DNA of 63,965 bases, filler included, from Collodictyon triciliatum (lineage: Eukaryota): NCBI GenBank assembly GCA_043381765.1. It is 11 parts of 11 records of this genome, joined end to end, with 100 filler letters (N's around TTAATTAATTAA, not from the genome) between each part and the next. Parts side by side here need not be neighbours in the genome. Positions count along the whole stretch, not along the records: positions 1 to 5,957 come from JBHJMP010004808.1; positions 6,058 to 12,011 come from JBHJMP010004809.1; positions 12,112 to 18,064 come from JBHJMP010004810.1; 8 more parts are not named here. One strand, 5' to 3'. The position numbers and the translations under genes were made by a program. The notes beneath the pieces were generated by a model. The model was not told the origin of the DNA. It made no database searches and worked only from the letters and a program-made list of their open reading frames with translations. Of this stretch, positions 1-14,504 are shown piece by piece. How positions within the stretch are numbered: the first letter of the stretch is position 1; each line of letters begins with the position of its first letter.

Positions 1-276
1 ATTTTTGATATTTTTGATATTTTTGATATTTTTGATATTTTTGATATTTTTGATATTTTTGATATTTTTGATATTTTTGATATTTTTGATATTTTTGATA
101 TTTTTGATATTTTTGATATTCTTTATTTTTTTGATATTTTTGATATTTTTATTTTTTTTTGATATTTTTGATATTTTTGATATTTTTGATATTCTTTATT
201 TTTTTGATATTTTTGATATTTTTATTTTTTTGATATTTTTGATATTTTTGATATTTTTGATATTTTTGATATTTTT
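1..276. repeat. 9-bp tandem repeat (ATTTTTGAT)n
   Basis: Directly visible array at the window start; it produces the spurious (IFL)n ORF. Confidence 0.95.
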
Positions 277-351
277 CTAGTCGATAATTTTTTAATCTCG
301 ACTTTTATTTACTCTTCTCTTGTCTTCTCTTTTTTCGAGTCATTTCATTTA

Positions 352-579
352 CCTTGCAAAGTGGACTCCTCAACCATGGCCTTCTTTTCGCAGGAGGACT
401 TGATGGCCCTCTTGAACTGAGCGATGCGATCGGCGCACTTAAAGTCCTTTGAGCTCTTGAAAAGAGAGGCACACTCATGCGCGCTGAACTTGATCTCTTG
501 CTCAACGGCAGTGCGCGCTCCTTTCATTGCCATTCTCCTGTTGTCTCTTCTCTTGCGGCCCTCTCGCTTCTCCTTGCCT
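352..579 (-). CDS. Probable internal exon of a truncated gene of unknown function
   Basis: Open charged frame (...RRMAMKGARTAVEQEIKFSAHECASLFKSSKDFKCADRIAQFKRAIKSS...) bounded by a CAG acceptor and a GTAAAT donor on the minus strand. Confidence 0.4.
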
Positions 580-836
580 CTGTAAACGCAGAAATAAATG
601 CGTGTAATAGAAGATGAAAAGAGTATTGTGTCTTTGCTTCGTTTTCATCCACCTCTGCTTTTCGACGCTCATCGAGATCTTTTTCTTTATTTTCGTCTTC
701 TTTTTTTCATTTTTCTATCGCTCTTTCGAGTGATTGAGTCTTGTGCTGAAATTGCGCTTCGTTTCGTAAAATTTTTGAATTTTTGTGTGTTTGAATCTTT
801 GTGCGTTTGAATCTCTGACCGATTGTGGAAATTAGT

Positions 837-4275
<3,439 letters not shown>

Positions 4276-4359
4276 GGTTCCTGTAAGTGTTTATCAGAGT
4301 TGCAGGTTACTATCTGACGTATACATGAATCAAGGAGACGAGGTTTTCGAGGCAAATAA

Positions 4360-5706
4360 TTAGGAATATGACGACACTAGTAAGTGGACATAAAGGATGC
4401 AGAAGATGGAAAAGGAGACTAGCAAGGGTGTATAGAGTGGTTTCCATTCAGCCAAATGGCGTTGAGTTATATATTTTTTGTGAGCATGAAAAGAAAGAGA
4501 GGCAATATCCCCCAAAAACTCAAATGAAAGCTGAATGATAATCTGATAGAAGCAATCCAAGAGAGACGGGATTGTTTGAAATGGGGTATCAGGATATATG
4601 TTGAACAGAAAATACATCAGCAAAGGCGCGATAAAAATAGAACATAATTCGGAACTGATATCATCAAAAACATTTCTTGAACGAAACTTGATCGATTCAT
4701 CAATGAAAGAAGCCCTTTTTGGGTCCACCAACACAAAGAGGCTTGCATCTAATCTGCTTTCATCAACTGGACTCATTTCAAGAGGGACTATCTTATCTCT
4801 GCGAATAAGTGATGATATACACGCCGAAAATTGAGCAAAGAATAGCCTCGCATCATACGCCCATGAAAGTTGATGATGTATTGTGGCTGTAGACAGCATC
4901 CCAAGAAACGACCCAACCATATTCACCAGGATATACTTGTACGAACCGGACCCGCTAGTATTCAGATTGGACAAAAATAAGCGCTCTGCGAAAGCCATGT
5001 AGAAGCTGCATACTTTCAGAGTGATCAAGCGGCGTTCCATATGCTCCCTGGATAAGTTGAATATCACAAACGTCTGATACCATTTGGCCAATGCAAAGCA
5101 GAACGGGAAGATGAGGAAGCGGAAGAGCAGCTGTATGCGAAACGGCGAATCCAGGTAGAGCGGAAAGGCGTTTTGAAGCAGAAAGTTGACCAGGCCGAAC
5201 ATGACTAGCAGCCCTTTCAGCAGGGCCATCGGCGTGCCGTCCTTTGTGACGATGTGAAGGATTTCTTGTGTCCCGTCCGCAGCGGTGGGTTTCTCGGCCT
5301 TTGAAATCCTCATCAAGCCGAGTATCAGCCCAAGTACGACTGTCGCACTTGAAATCATGTTGAACTCAAACAGCGGAATCTGCACAAAAGCGCACAGGAC
5401 AAGATGCAGCGCCATGAGAAACAAGGCGATGGAAATTGCCTGGCGGGAAAAGAGGAAACCAAAAGTCTCTGTATACATCAGGCAGATGCAAGGCCAAAGG
5501 CACATGATTGTAAGCACGTTTCTGACAACTTCGTAGAGCGCGGGGCTCACAAGTGAGAGCAGCTTTGTTGTCAGCACTCTCGATGGTAGATAATACAGCC
5601 ACATAAGCAGCACTATCGCAATTATCCGTGGCATCGTTTGGGTGAGAATGCCTATCCAAAGGATGCATGATTCTCGCACGGGGTTTGTAAAGTTGGCCCG
5701 AGGCAT
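4360..5706 (-). CDS. Uncharacterised multi-pass membrane protein (probably the terminal exon of a longer gene)
   Basis: 448-aa ORF with about 10 hydrophobic segments; a TAG acceptor lies just upstream of the ATG and the contig ends shortly after. Confidence 0.7.
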   Translation of the reverse strand: MPRANFTNPVRESCILWIGILTQTMPRIIAIVLLMWLYYLPSRVLTTKLLSLVSPALYEVVRNVLTIMCLWPCICLMYTETFGFLFSRQAISIALFLMALHLVLCAFVQIPLFEFNMISSATVVLGLILGLMRISKAEKPTAADGTQEILHIVTKDGTPMALLKGLLVMFGLVNFLLQNAFPLYLDSPFRIQLLFRFLIFPFCFALAKWYQTFVIFNLSREHMERRLITLKVCSFYMAFAERLFLSNLNTSGSGSYKYILVNMVGSFLGMLSTATIHHQLSWAYDARLFFAQFSACISSLIRRDKIVPLEMSPVDESRLDASLFVLVDPKRASFIDESIKFRSRNVFDDISSELCSIFIAPLLMYFLFNIYPDTPFQTIPSLLDCFYQIIIQLSFEFLGDIASLSFHAHKKYITQRHLAEWKPLYTPLLVSFSIFCILYVHLLVSSYS

Positions 5707-5814
5707 TCTATTTTTAAGATTTATGCCCTTGTATGTGTTTGTTTGTTTTTTGCGTCTTTGCGTTTTTGCGTTTTTCTTTTGTCTTTTCTATTGTTTTTGC
5801 ATATTGTATTGTAT

Positions 5815-5957
5815 GTTTTTATGTTTTTTTATGTTTTTTATGTTTTTTATGTTTTTTATGTTTTTTATGTTTTTTATGTTTTTTATGTTTTTTTATGTTT
5901 TTTTATGTTTTTTTATGTTTTTTTATGTTTTTTTATGTTTTTTTATGTTTTTTATGT
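5815..5957. repeat. (TTTTTTATG)n tandem repeat at contig end
   Basis: Directly visible. Confidence 0.9.
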
Positions 5958-6057
5958 NNNNNNNNNNNNNNNNNNNNNNNNNNNNNNNNNNNNNNNNNNN
6001 NTTAATTAATTAANNNNNNNNNNNNNNNNNNNNNNNNNNNNNNNNNNNNNNNNNNNN
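5958..6057. other. Artificial contig spacer N44-TTAATTAATTAA-N44 (also 12012-12111, 18065-18164, 24126-24225, 30176-30275, 36226-36325, 42274-42373, 48320-48419, 54365-54464, 60408-60507)
   Basis: Identical 100-nt linker with six-frame stops. Contig lengths between linkers fall almost monotonically from 5954 to 5943; the one exception (5961) contains an internal 20-N gap. Confidence 0.99.
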
Positions 6058-6103
6058 ACTCTCGTCTTCTTGACAGGATAAAAGCAAAGAGTCTTGGAGT
6101 CAC

Positions 6104-9100
6104 ATGGTGGACGTCAGGTTTGCAGTTCTTTGTTTTCTTTTCTTCTTTTCTTCTTTTCTTCTTTTCTTCTTTTCTTCTTTTCTTCTTTTCTTCTTTTCTT
6201 CTTTTCTTCTTTTCTTCTTTTCTTCTTTTCTTCTTTTTCTTATCACTTAATACCTTATTCCCAAATCTATAACCATCATTTTGGTTTCATACCGGTCAGT
6301 ATTGTACAGCTGTTGTTTGATTCGAAGGATTTGGCAGACCAGGCTTTGTTTGATGAGCAAGGGCAACTGGAAGAGGTTCTTGATGACATCACATCTGTGC
6401 ACAGACATTCCTACGTCGACTCACTTTTGTTTTGTTTTGTTTTGTTTTGTTTTGTTTTGTTTTGTTTTGTTTTGTTTTGTTTTATTTTGTTTTGTTTCAA
6501 TAAGAGTTCGTAGTTTCTGATTAGAAATGAATGCATCCTTGTGCAGGATTACCAACAGTATCTGGCCGACCTTGCCTCCTACAGCCTGGAGCAATTGTCG
6601 AAGGCAGACTTTAATACTTCACATTAAAATCTACTGGATATAAGCTGCAAGACACCATTCGTTCATAAGTGACTCCTTTCTTTTCTTTTCTTTTTTTGTT
6701 ACCTAGCTTTTCCTTCCCTTTTTTTTCTTTTTTTCTTTTTTCTTTTTTCTTTTTAGAAATATAATGGAATGCCATTTCATTTGCAGGAACCAGATTCTCT
6801 TAAAATGGAGCTGAATGTTGCAAAACAGAAGCTTGAAGACCTTGCATCCAAAAACTACAAGTCATTTGTAAGAACGTATGAGACCGTCGTCGGGGTTCAT
6901 CAAGGGGTCCGTTGTGGATCATTTTTTTAAAATACAAAATGCATGAAACGCCTCTTTAATTGACAATTGGCAGATATTTCTATTCTACTTGGGGACGTTA
7001 TCATTAAATGATCCACCCAAAATATAATCGTGATTATCCAGAAAAGTAACGTTTTTTTTCTTTTTGTGATTTATACTTACTTGTCAGATGAATCATGTGA
7101 GTTCGTCACTCGGCTCTCTCATCAAGCACATTCCATCTTTATCGGAAGCAATAAAGTCTTTTGAATCTAACGCTAAAAGCATATCTCAACTTCGCCGCGC
7201 CAACCAAGTGACTCTGCAGAATTATACACAGCTGATCGAGGTATTATTAACTTTGATTTTATTTCTGGTTGATATAATTGATTTTATATAAAAAAATCAA
7301 CAAAAGGCTGTATCATTTTTTGTTCCACATTGATTTATTGCACATATTCTAAAAATGTCAAATCAATTTTTACATATTTTACTAATAAATGATGATGGAT
7401 TTATACATATCATTTTTTTTTAAAAAAAAAAAACTCCTGGAGTACATTTTATCACTAAATATTATACTTAACGAAGAAATTTGATATAGTTACTTGAAGT
7501 TCCCCAACTGATGGACAACTATGTGCGAAACAAGCTTTATGATGAGTCCTTGGAAATTCTGAGCTTTTCTCAAAGACTTTCAACCCTTCACCCTGACATA
7601 TTAGTCATCACCAACTTGGTAGGTCCTCACAATATATTCAGTGTAGCTTACCATTAAACGTGCATTTTACTTCAAACATTTTCATATGAGAAAACTGAAT
7701 AGATAATTATTTGTCAACTGTTCTGATTCCATCCATCTCTCTACTTGCTTCGTTCGTTTATGATATAATTCATGAAATTACACTTTTTTGAAATTGTACT
7801 CTCGCAAACCACTCAGGTAAACGAAATTTCGGCATCATCAAAGAACATGCAAGAACAGCTTATGAGCGAGCTGCAGTCCAGTTCACAACTTCCTGTCTGT
7901 CTTCGAGTTGTTGGCTACTTGAGGCAATACTGACCTTTTGTTTTCTTTTTTCTTTTTTCTTTTTCTTTTTCTTTTTCTTTTTCTTTTTCTTTTTCTTTTT
8001 CTTTTTCTTTTTCTTTTTCTTTTTCTTTTTCTTTTTCTTTTTCTTTTTCTTTTTCTTTGTATTTCCTGATATTCATGAATAAAAGGCGAAAATAATTAGT
8101 TTTTCCTTGAAAATTTTATTTTGATACCAAATTTTGGCAATTTTTTTCATAGAAAGTTTTAATAAACTCTTTCATAACCTTCTTTTATTTTACTTTTCTC
8201 TTCACTCCAACCCCAAGGCGCCTGGCAAATTATTCTGAACTTGAGTTGAGAATTTGCTTCTTGAAATGCAGAGAAAACTGGTTTTACAGCATCATCGATA
8301 AAATACCAACAGAGGACCCCTATATTTTTGTAAAGTTATTAATACAATACAGTACGAATTCAAATTAAATATAAATGTCAAAATATTCCATTCATTTTAA
8401 TTATTTATTTGTGATGGAATAGCTGAGTAAATTCATCGATGCCTGTCGCGTGCATTTGTTTGAAATCATCACACATTTTCGAGCAATTTTTGCTGATGAT
8501 GGCTCAGATGTTGACGACGTATGTTTAATGCCCAAAGATATAATCAATTATGGACATGGATGCTGCTATGATGCTGACCTTTTTCTCCTAAACAAACAAA
8601 TAATATTTATAATGATAATTGAAAGGCATTCCGCGAGAGCAGCGTATTGCATGGATGGGTAGCAGAGAAAATCAACTCTTTCTTGTTCACGTTAAAAAAG
8701 TAACAGAATAAGTTTCAAATTTAATTTGCGACTTACAATAATGATTGGAAGCAGGCATTGATATTTCAAGTTCTGTGGTTGACTAAAGTTGTCAAATTTC
8801 TCAACAGCTCATTGCCGCTTATATCGGATGGAGGTTATATATCAAACATTCTCGAGCAATGCATGTATTATGGAGATTCACTCGGGCGTACTTTTGTTGA
8901 CTTTCGAGGTATATTTTGCTCGTGTGTTACATATTTGATTCCTTCTTTCTCAGGAGAGATTTGTTGTATCACCACCCCATTACCATGTGTCCTATCAGTT
9001 CCAAATTGGGTGTCAAGACAAAATACAGTTATATTAGCGATGCATCAGTGAAAAAGAAAGCACATACCAAATGTTTAGCTGTGAATAACGGCATGGAGAC

Positions 9101-10779
9101 GATAATCAAATGTTTCTTTGCTGAATACAATGATATAGCGTTGTGTTAATCGAATATTTGTATTAGGCTTGCTTCCACCTATCTTCGAAGATGTTGTGAC
9201 CAAAATGTTTTCAAAACACATGTCAAATGCATTGTCTTCGTTGAAACAAAACCTAGAAAACACGAAATGGATGACCTCGTCTTCATTTCAATACTCTACC
9301 AACTTGCCGACAGGTTTGACTGTGAATAAATAAGCAATTCTTTTCTTACAGATATCAAATTAGTTCAAGTCCAGAGTTTTGTGTCTTGTATTCGTGGATT
9401 TTTTTCAAGGATAAAAACTGTGTAGATATCGTTCGTTTCTTGTTCGCCTCTTTGTTTTGTATTTGTTAAAATCGAAATCATTCTCAATGTAGTATATCCC
9501 CTATCTTTCTTTATGACACAGGTGATGAATCGGACCTGTCGCCGCCAACCGTTTTGATGCAATACCAACCCCTTGCTCTGTTCACCAACGAAATTCTCTC
9601 AGGCTTCAACGAGCTTAGGTTGAACATTCCCCTGCATCAAAGACTATATAATTAGTTTTGTATATGTTTAATCGGTAATATCACCACTATTGTTAAATGT
9701 ACTTTTGGGACGTACCGAAGTGTATCAGAAGAGTAATAAAAGAAAAATCCATTAATCCAGACAGTGCGCTCTTCTCTCCATTCAAGTCCAGCTGGGCCAA
9801 ATATTTTATTTCACATTGGTAAAATGAGTTACTCATAAAATAAACATAATCTTCTGACTGCGTACTTAATTTCCGCCATCGGGCTCCTCAAACTTTTTTT
9901 TAAAGGTCGAGTTTGCGGACAGAATCGAACAGTATCGGGTATCAGTTCCACAAAAAGGGAGCGAGGAAACAGTACTGAAAGGATTTTGCAAGGTGACCAT
10001 TAAAAAAACAAAATATTCATTACTCTTTGAAATACATATAAGTATATCTTCTTTGGTAATTCCAACATGAAGAAAGGAAGAAAAAGGAAGGATTTTTTTT
10101 TACAATACAACACCCCCAAAACGAGCATGTTTGTCTCCTCTGTGACTGCTTTTCTTGTATTTCATAAGGCGGCGGTCGAAGTATTTTTACCATATGTCCT
10201 CCGGTGTTACGATACTGTCTTTGGCTCCCCGAGACCACTGATTGATAAATCGAAACTGGTACGAACGGCCCAACTCTTACTATTTCCAAATACCTCCATT
10301 TATGATTCCATCATGCAACTTGTTGTCTGACTGACTTTTATTCATGTTTGGCTGCTGCACTCGCCTTTTTTTGTTTGAGATTCTGATTTGAGCTGAATGC
10401 GCTCTAGATTGACCACTTTTCCAAGCTGCACAAAACCGAAATGATTGAGTTTGGTAGTTTGCTTTTCTCCAAGGCCGCGACAAAGGAAGGATTTGAGACT
10501 GTTCACAAGAAAGTGGTAGTGGGTGAAATGGACGACCACCTTATCGCTGGAGAAGCAGCTTTGACAAAAGAAGAGGACGAAAAAGATGAGAAAGAGAAAG
10601 ATGCGGAAGAGGAGGACCTGGTTGACCGCGTTCTACGGAATTCGGGAGAGGACTCGAACCAAGAAAACCATGAACCTCCGAAGCAAGACTCATTGACTTC
10701 TGCTGATGAATTGACCAGCAAGTATGCAACTGGAGAGGCCGATGGCTGGGATGAGCAAGACGCCACACCAAACGATTGA
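6104..10779 (+). CDS. COG8: Conserved oligomeric Golgi complex subunit 8 (Dor1 family), many exons
   Basis: Exon peptides SLEQLSK|EPDSL..LEDLASKNYKSF, LLEVPQLMDNYVRNKLYDESL, SQLPVCLRVVGYLRRL..ELELRICFLKCRENW, RVHLFEIITHFRAIF, ILEQCMYYGDSLGRTFVDFRGLL and PPTVLMQYQPLA..TNEIL..FNELR match the COG8 pattern. Acidic last exon 10472-10779. Confidence 0.9.
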
Positions 10780-12116
10780 CAGCGCTCTGATTGAGTAGCT
10801 TTTTTCCCTTCCATTTGGATTTTATTCTAATGTCCTTTTGTCTGAAGCACAGAAATAAAATAGAATGTGACTGGGGAAAGAAAAAGCGTATCGGTCGGTA
10901 CTTTTTGTGTGTTGCTTGATTGTGTTTATAAAAGTAATAAATTTGTGTATGTATTTGAATGGAAAGGAAGGAGAAAGATGCGCTCTATGCAGCAAATGGG
11001 ATGATATGGTTTATCCTTTTTTGCTGTTCTATTTGTTTCCTCCTTCACTTCTTTCTGGGGGTTCTTTTAGAGGTGGTGTTAACCAAATAGGCGCGCTTTT
11101 CTCCTGAGGTTGAGAATGAGTGACACTAACGCACGCAATTTTCTCTCCCCATACTCCTCACACAAGGGTCTGACTCTGTTATTCGCAGTGTGGCATACTC
11201 CAATGTCTAATAATCAAATTCAGCCTTTTTTTTTAAGTTGAGCGTGGGTATCTTCCAATATCCTTTTTTTTTTTTTTCATTCACTTTTTTCTTGTTGATT
11301 GTAATCATTATCTAACAATCATTCCATTTGGCATGTGAACACGCGACTATCTTGACTAATTTATCAAAAACCAAGCATAATTGTTCATAATTTTTATTTC
11401 CTTTTTTCTTTTCTTCTTTGTGGATATGCAAGGCGGGAAGATTTCGGACGCAGAGATACTCATACGATGCTCATATAATCCATTGTTCTCTACATCATGG
11501 TATACGAATCAGATGAATCACTTGGCCAAAAATATCCAATAAAACTTTGTGTTTTCTACTGGACTCTGGTAGAATGGACTCAAGTTCGAGCTCTCGTTTA
11601 TGCACTGTGCCTTTTAACTCTGAGTCAAGGGCAAGTAGCTCTGAAATCTAAGATATTTATAAATGAAACGGATTCAATGCAGGAAGAATAATCATTCAAA
11701 CACCAGGATGCATCCAATATGAAGGAAACAATTATTGGCGACGAAAACTAACAAAGACAACAGTTTTAACCTAATTTTAATTCATTCATCACCTCGTTTT
11801 GTGCAGCGTTGAGTATTTCGAGATTGCGAAGTCTGTTTATAGAATTGGGTAACCTTGATATCTGATGGATGTTTCATATATTTTAAAAGGCTTGCTATAA
11901 ATAGATATCTGCTCACATCCATAAATGAAAAGAAAAGAAGCTCATGATAATCTCAATTTTACGTTACATGGTTGTACGAGATGTCAAGGTGAACAAGAGA
12001 TGAAATAGAGCNNNNNNNNNNNNNNNNNNNNNNNNNNNNNNNNNNNNNNNNNNNNTTAATTAATTAANNNNNNNNNNNNNNNNNNNNNNNNNNNNNNNNN
12101 NNNNNNNNNNNATTTT

Positions 12117-12132
12117 CCCCAAAATTTTGGGG
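12117..12132. terminator. Perfect 16-bp palindrome CCCCAAAATTTTGGGG downstream of the last viral gene; possible 3'-end hairpin
   Basis: Palindrome is directly visible about 35 nt past the stop of the minus-strand gene run; function is inferred. Confidence 0.4.
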
Positions 12133-12165
12133 TAAGTATATAAAAAAATGGGCCAGTCTTCAACT

Positions 12166-12330
12166 CTAGATATTTATTTTTTCAAGCTCACGGTCAGGAC
12201 TAGGCTCACGCGTTTCCATCACGCTACCACAACACTGAGACTTGCGAACGTGTTTTAAATAATACTTCATCGCACGCTCAGCAATCAAACACAAGTTAAT
12301 AATCAACGATACAATCAACACCGGGTCCAT
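12166..12330 (-). CDS. Small viral single-pass membrane protein with KSQCCG motif (54 aa)
   Basis: MDPVLIVSLIINLCLIAERAMKYYLKHVRKSQCCGS... Start moved from the track's GTG (12354) to ATG 12330, which carries the shared TCTT-N9-ATG motif and removes the overlap with the fibre gene. Confidence 0.7.
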   Translation of the reverse strand: MDPVLIVSLIINLCLIAERAMKYYLKHVRKSQCCGSVMETREPSPDRELEKINI

Positions 12331-12346
12331 AAAATAAAAAAGAAAT

Positions 12347-14488
12347 TTATCCACCGTACCGTGTCAACAACCAACCAAATTGGCCCCCTATTAATTCAGT
12401 AAACACACAATCATATTGTCGGGCTAGTGAACCACTATATGCAATAAAGGATTCTCCAGGCGCCTTATTATCAACAGACCCACTAGCGATTACAACCATT
12501 TGAATCCCTGAACCAGCTGTTGCCCCGTTTGTAAATGATATATCAGGGCCAGTGCCTCCAAAAATATAAGACACAATTCTTATTTCAAATCCAGCAGCTT
12601 CTCCCAACCAACTAGATGATTGTTTTAAATCTGGAAATATAATATTTCGTGTGCTGGTGTTTCTATTCAAAACTAAATATCTAGGTGAATTAAGATTAAT
12701 GGTATAATCACCTGTTGAAGTAAACCGCCCTGTTACTATTCTACCGTACTCTGTTATGTCTCGTACAATCCAATAACAATTAGCAGCGCTTCCAGCCCAC
12801 ACAAATGTAGCGCGAACTCTAAAATTATTTGTAATATTTTGAAAAAGATTATCGGTAGCTGTTGTATAATTTGCTGTAGTATTTTTTATAACTGGTCTGC
12901 CATCTCGAGGAAAAATATATCCCCTTGGTTGAACTAATGTAAACCTTACACCATATTGCATATCATTGCTATTTCCAAGCAATTGATATTCCATTTCAAA
13001 CCCATCAAATGATGCACCCATATTATCAAGTGTCACGAGTTTATTTTCTGTTATATTTTCAGATAAGAGCAAGGTTGCAGGGGAAGGATTACTTGTATTA
13101 TAAATATAAGCGCTTGCAGTCCCTCCTGGAACAACTTCAACTTTTTTAACTAATGATGGTGTTGATATACTTCCTGATATTGTTCCGCTTACTGTAAGGT
13201 CTCCTGTTATACTCATCCCTGAATTATTAATCTCAACCCTCTGAACTCGTGTCGGTAAAGTAGCACCTGTACCTGTTGCCCCTAGAAATCTAAAATACGT
13301 ATTCCCGTGCTCAGTTACAAATATTTCATTTGTTCCAGTACCACCAACTAGCCTACTCATAACCGTTTCAGTAGTTGGCCAGTTTGTGTTATTACCCAAC
13401 CTGTAATTTGCTACCGTTCCTGTACTAGAATCATTGAATGACAACTGTATGTAACCTGTAGCGCCTCCTGTACTTCCAATAAACTGAATTGTTTGACTTG
13501 GATTGCTGACATTATTACGAATTGTGCTTCCACCAGATAATCTAAAATTACCTCCAACAAATGCACCAATTTGAGTTCCTGCTGCAACTATTCCGACACC
13601 GATGTCAGCGCCGACCGCTGTTCTTACCAAACCTGTATTTGTAGCGTTAATAAAATTTAATCCGCATGCTGCAGTTGCCCCCACACCTCCATCTGCTATT
13701 GACATCGGCACAGATACCTCCACTTTTTGCGAATCTACAACTGGGACACTTCCAGATGTAACCATATTACCTGATACTGTTATGCAATTTGTTCCACACG
13801 CTCGTATAACAGTTTGGTTTAATTCTGTTCCGGAGACAGGATTATTTGGGAGTCTAACAAAACGAAATCCAGACGACGACATATTTGAACCCATTATACC
13901 GGAAGCGTCGTCACTTCCATTAACTGTTGTAATTCGAGACAATGCTACCAAACCATTATTATTTATACGTAGTCTAGCGGTTCCATTTGTAATTAATTCC
14001 AATTGATCATTTATTCCATTAATACCAGAGTTTGATTGTGGATCGTCAAATCTCAAAGAACAGTCTGATGTAGTTCCGACGTGTGTGATGTTTATCGGAA
14101 CACTACAAGTTAAAACATTGCTGACTAATGTCGGAGTAGGTGCCCAACTTGCTGCGCTATTATTTGATGTAAGAAATTGCCCATTATTTCCTGCAGTTTG
14201 TCCTGGCACCTGCGAAACTGGACTCCAAGAAACATCAGTTCCATTAGTTTGTAAAAAATTACCGGTCTGTCCTGCTTGCGGGGGTAATTCTCCTTCAATT
14301 CCGGTATACTGGTATCCGGTTGCTGTATCATTTACTTCCAAAAATTTATTTGCATCGGCTGCTGTTATTGTTGGCAAAATAAAAGATGTTTCTGTTGTGT
14401 CAGTATACTCTGAGTTTGTCCCGTCTGTTACAAAACTATAATCATAAGGGTACCTGCTCGAATTTGATCCGATTTCATATGAAGTCAT
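12347..14488 (-). CDS. Putative virion fibre/spike protein (713 aa)
   Basis: G/T/N/S-rich beta-type composition; three LP..aG..gxFLxxN..xxW-type shaft repeats; LELITNGTARLRINNNG and GDLTVSGTISG segments typical of viral fibres; directly downstream of the penton gene. Confidence 0.75.
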   Translation of the reverse strand: MTSYEIGSNSSRYPYDYSFVTDGTNSEYTDTTETSFILPTITAADANKFLEVNDTATGYQYTGIEGELPPQAGQTGNFLQTNGTDVSWSPVSQVPGQTAGNNGQFLTSNNSAASWAPTPTLVSNVLTCSVPINITHVGTTSDCSLRFDDPQSNSGINGINDQLELITNGTARLRINNNGLVALSRITTVNGSDDASGIMGSNMSSSGFRFVRLPNNPVSGTELNQTVIRACGTNCITVSGNMVTSGSVPVVDSQKVEVSVPMSIADGGVGATAACGLNFINATNTGLVRTAVGADIGVGIVAAGTQIGAFVGGNFRLSGGSTIRNNVSNPSQTIQFIGSTGGATGYIQLSFNDSSTGTVANYRLGNNTNWPTTETVMSRLVGGTGTNEIFVTEHGNTYFRFLGATGTGATLPTRVQRVEINNSGMSITGDLTVSGTISGSISTPSLVKKVEVVPGGTASAYIYNTSNPSPATLLLSENITENKLVTLDNMGASFDGFEMEYQLLGNSNDMQYGVRFTLVQPRGYIFPRDGRPVIKNTTANYTTATDNLFQNITNNFRVRATFVWAGSAANCYWIVRDITEYGRIVTGRFTSTGDYTINLNSPRYLVLNRNTSTRNIIFPDLKQSSSWLGEAAGFEIRIVSYIFGGTGPDISFTNGATAGSGIQMVVIASGSVDNKAPGESFIAYSGSLARQYDCVFTELIGGQFGWLLTRYGG

Positions 14489-14504
14489 ATAAAAGCATAT
14501 AAAA

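Noticed and set aside
5-280. Low-complexity ORFs (IFL, RV, FLC, VCLF, KKER, ER repeats, here and at other contig ends)
   Set aside because: Translations of microsatellites, not genes.
12347-14488. Contaminating tailed bacteriophage, suggested by the fibre repeats
   Set aside because: Neighbouring genes resemble jelly-roll MCP/penton rather than HK97, portal or tail genes, and upstream regions are A/T-rich with no Shine-Dalgarno sequences.
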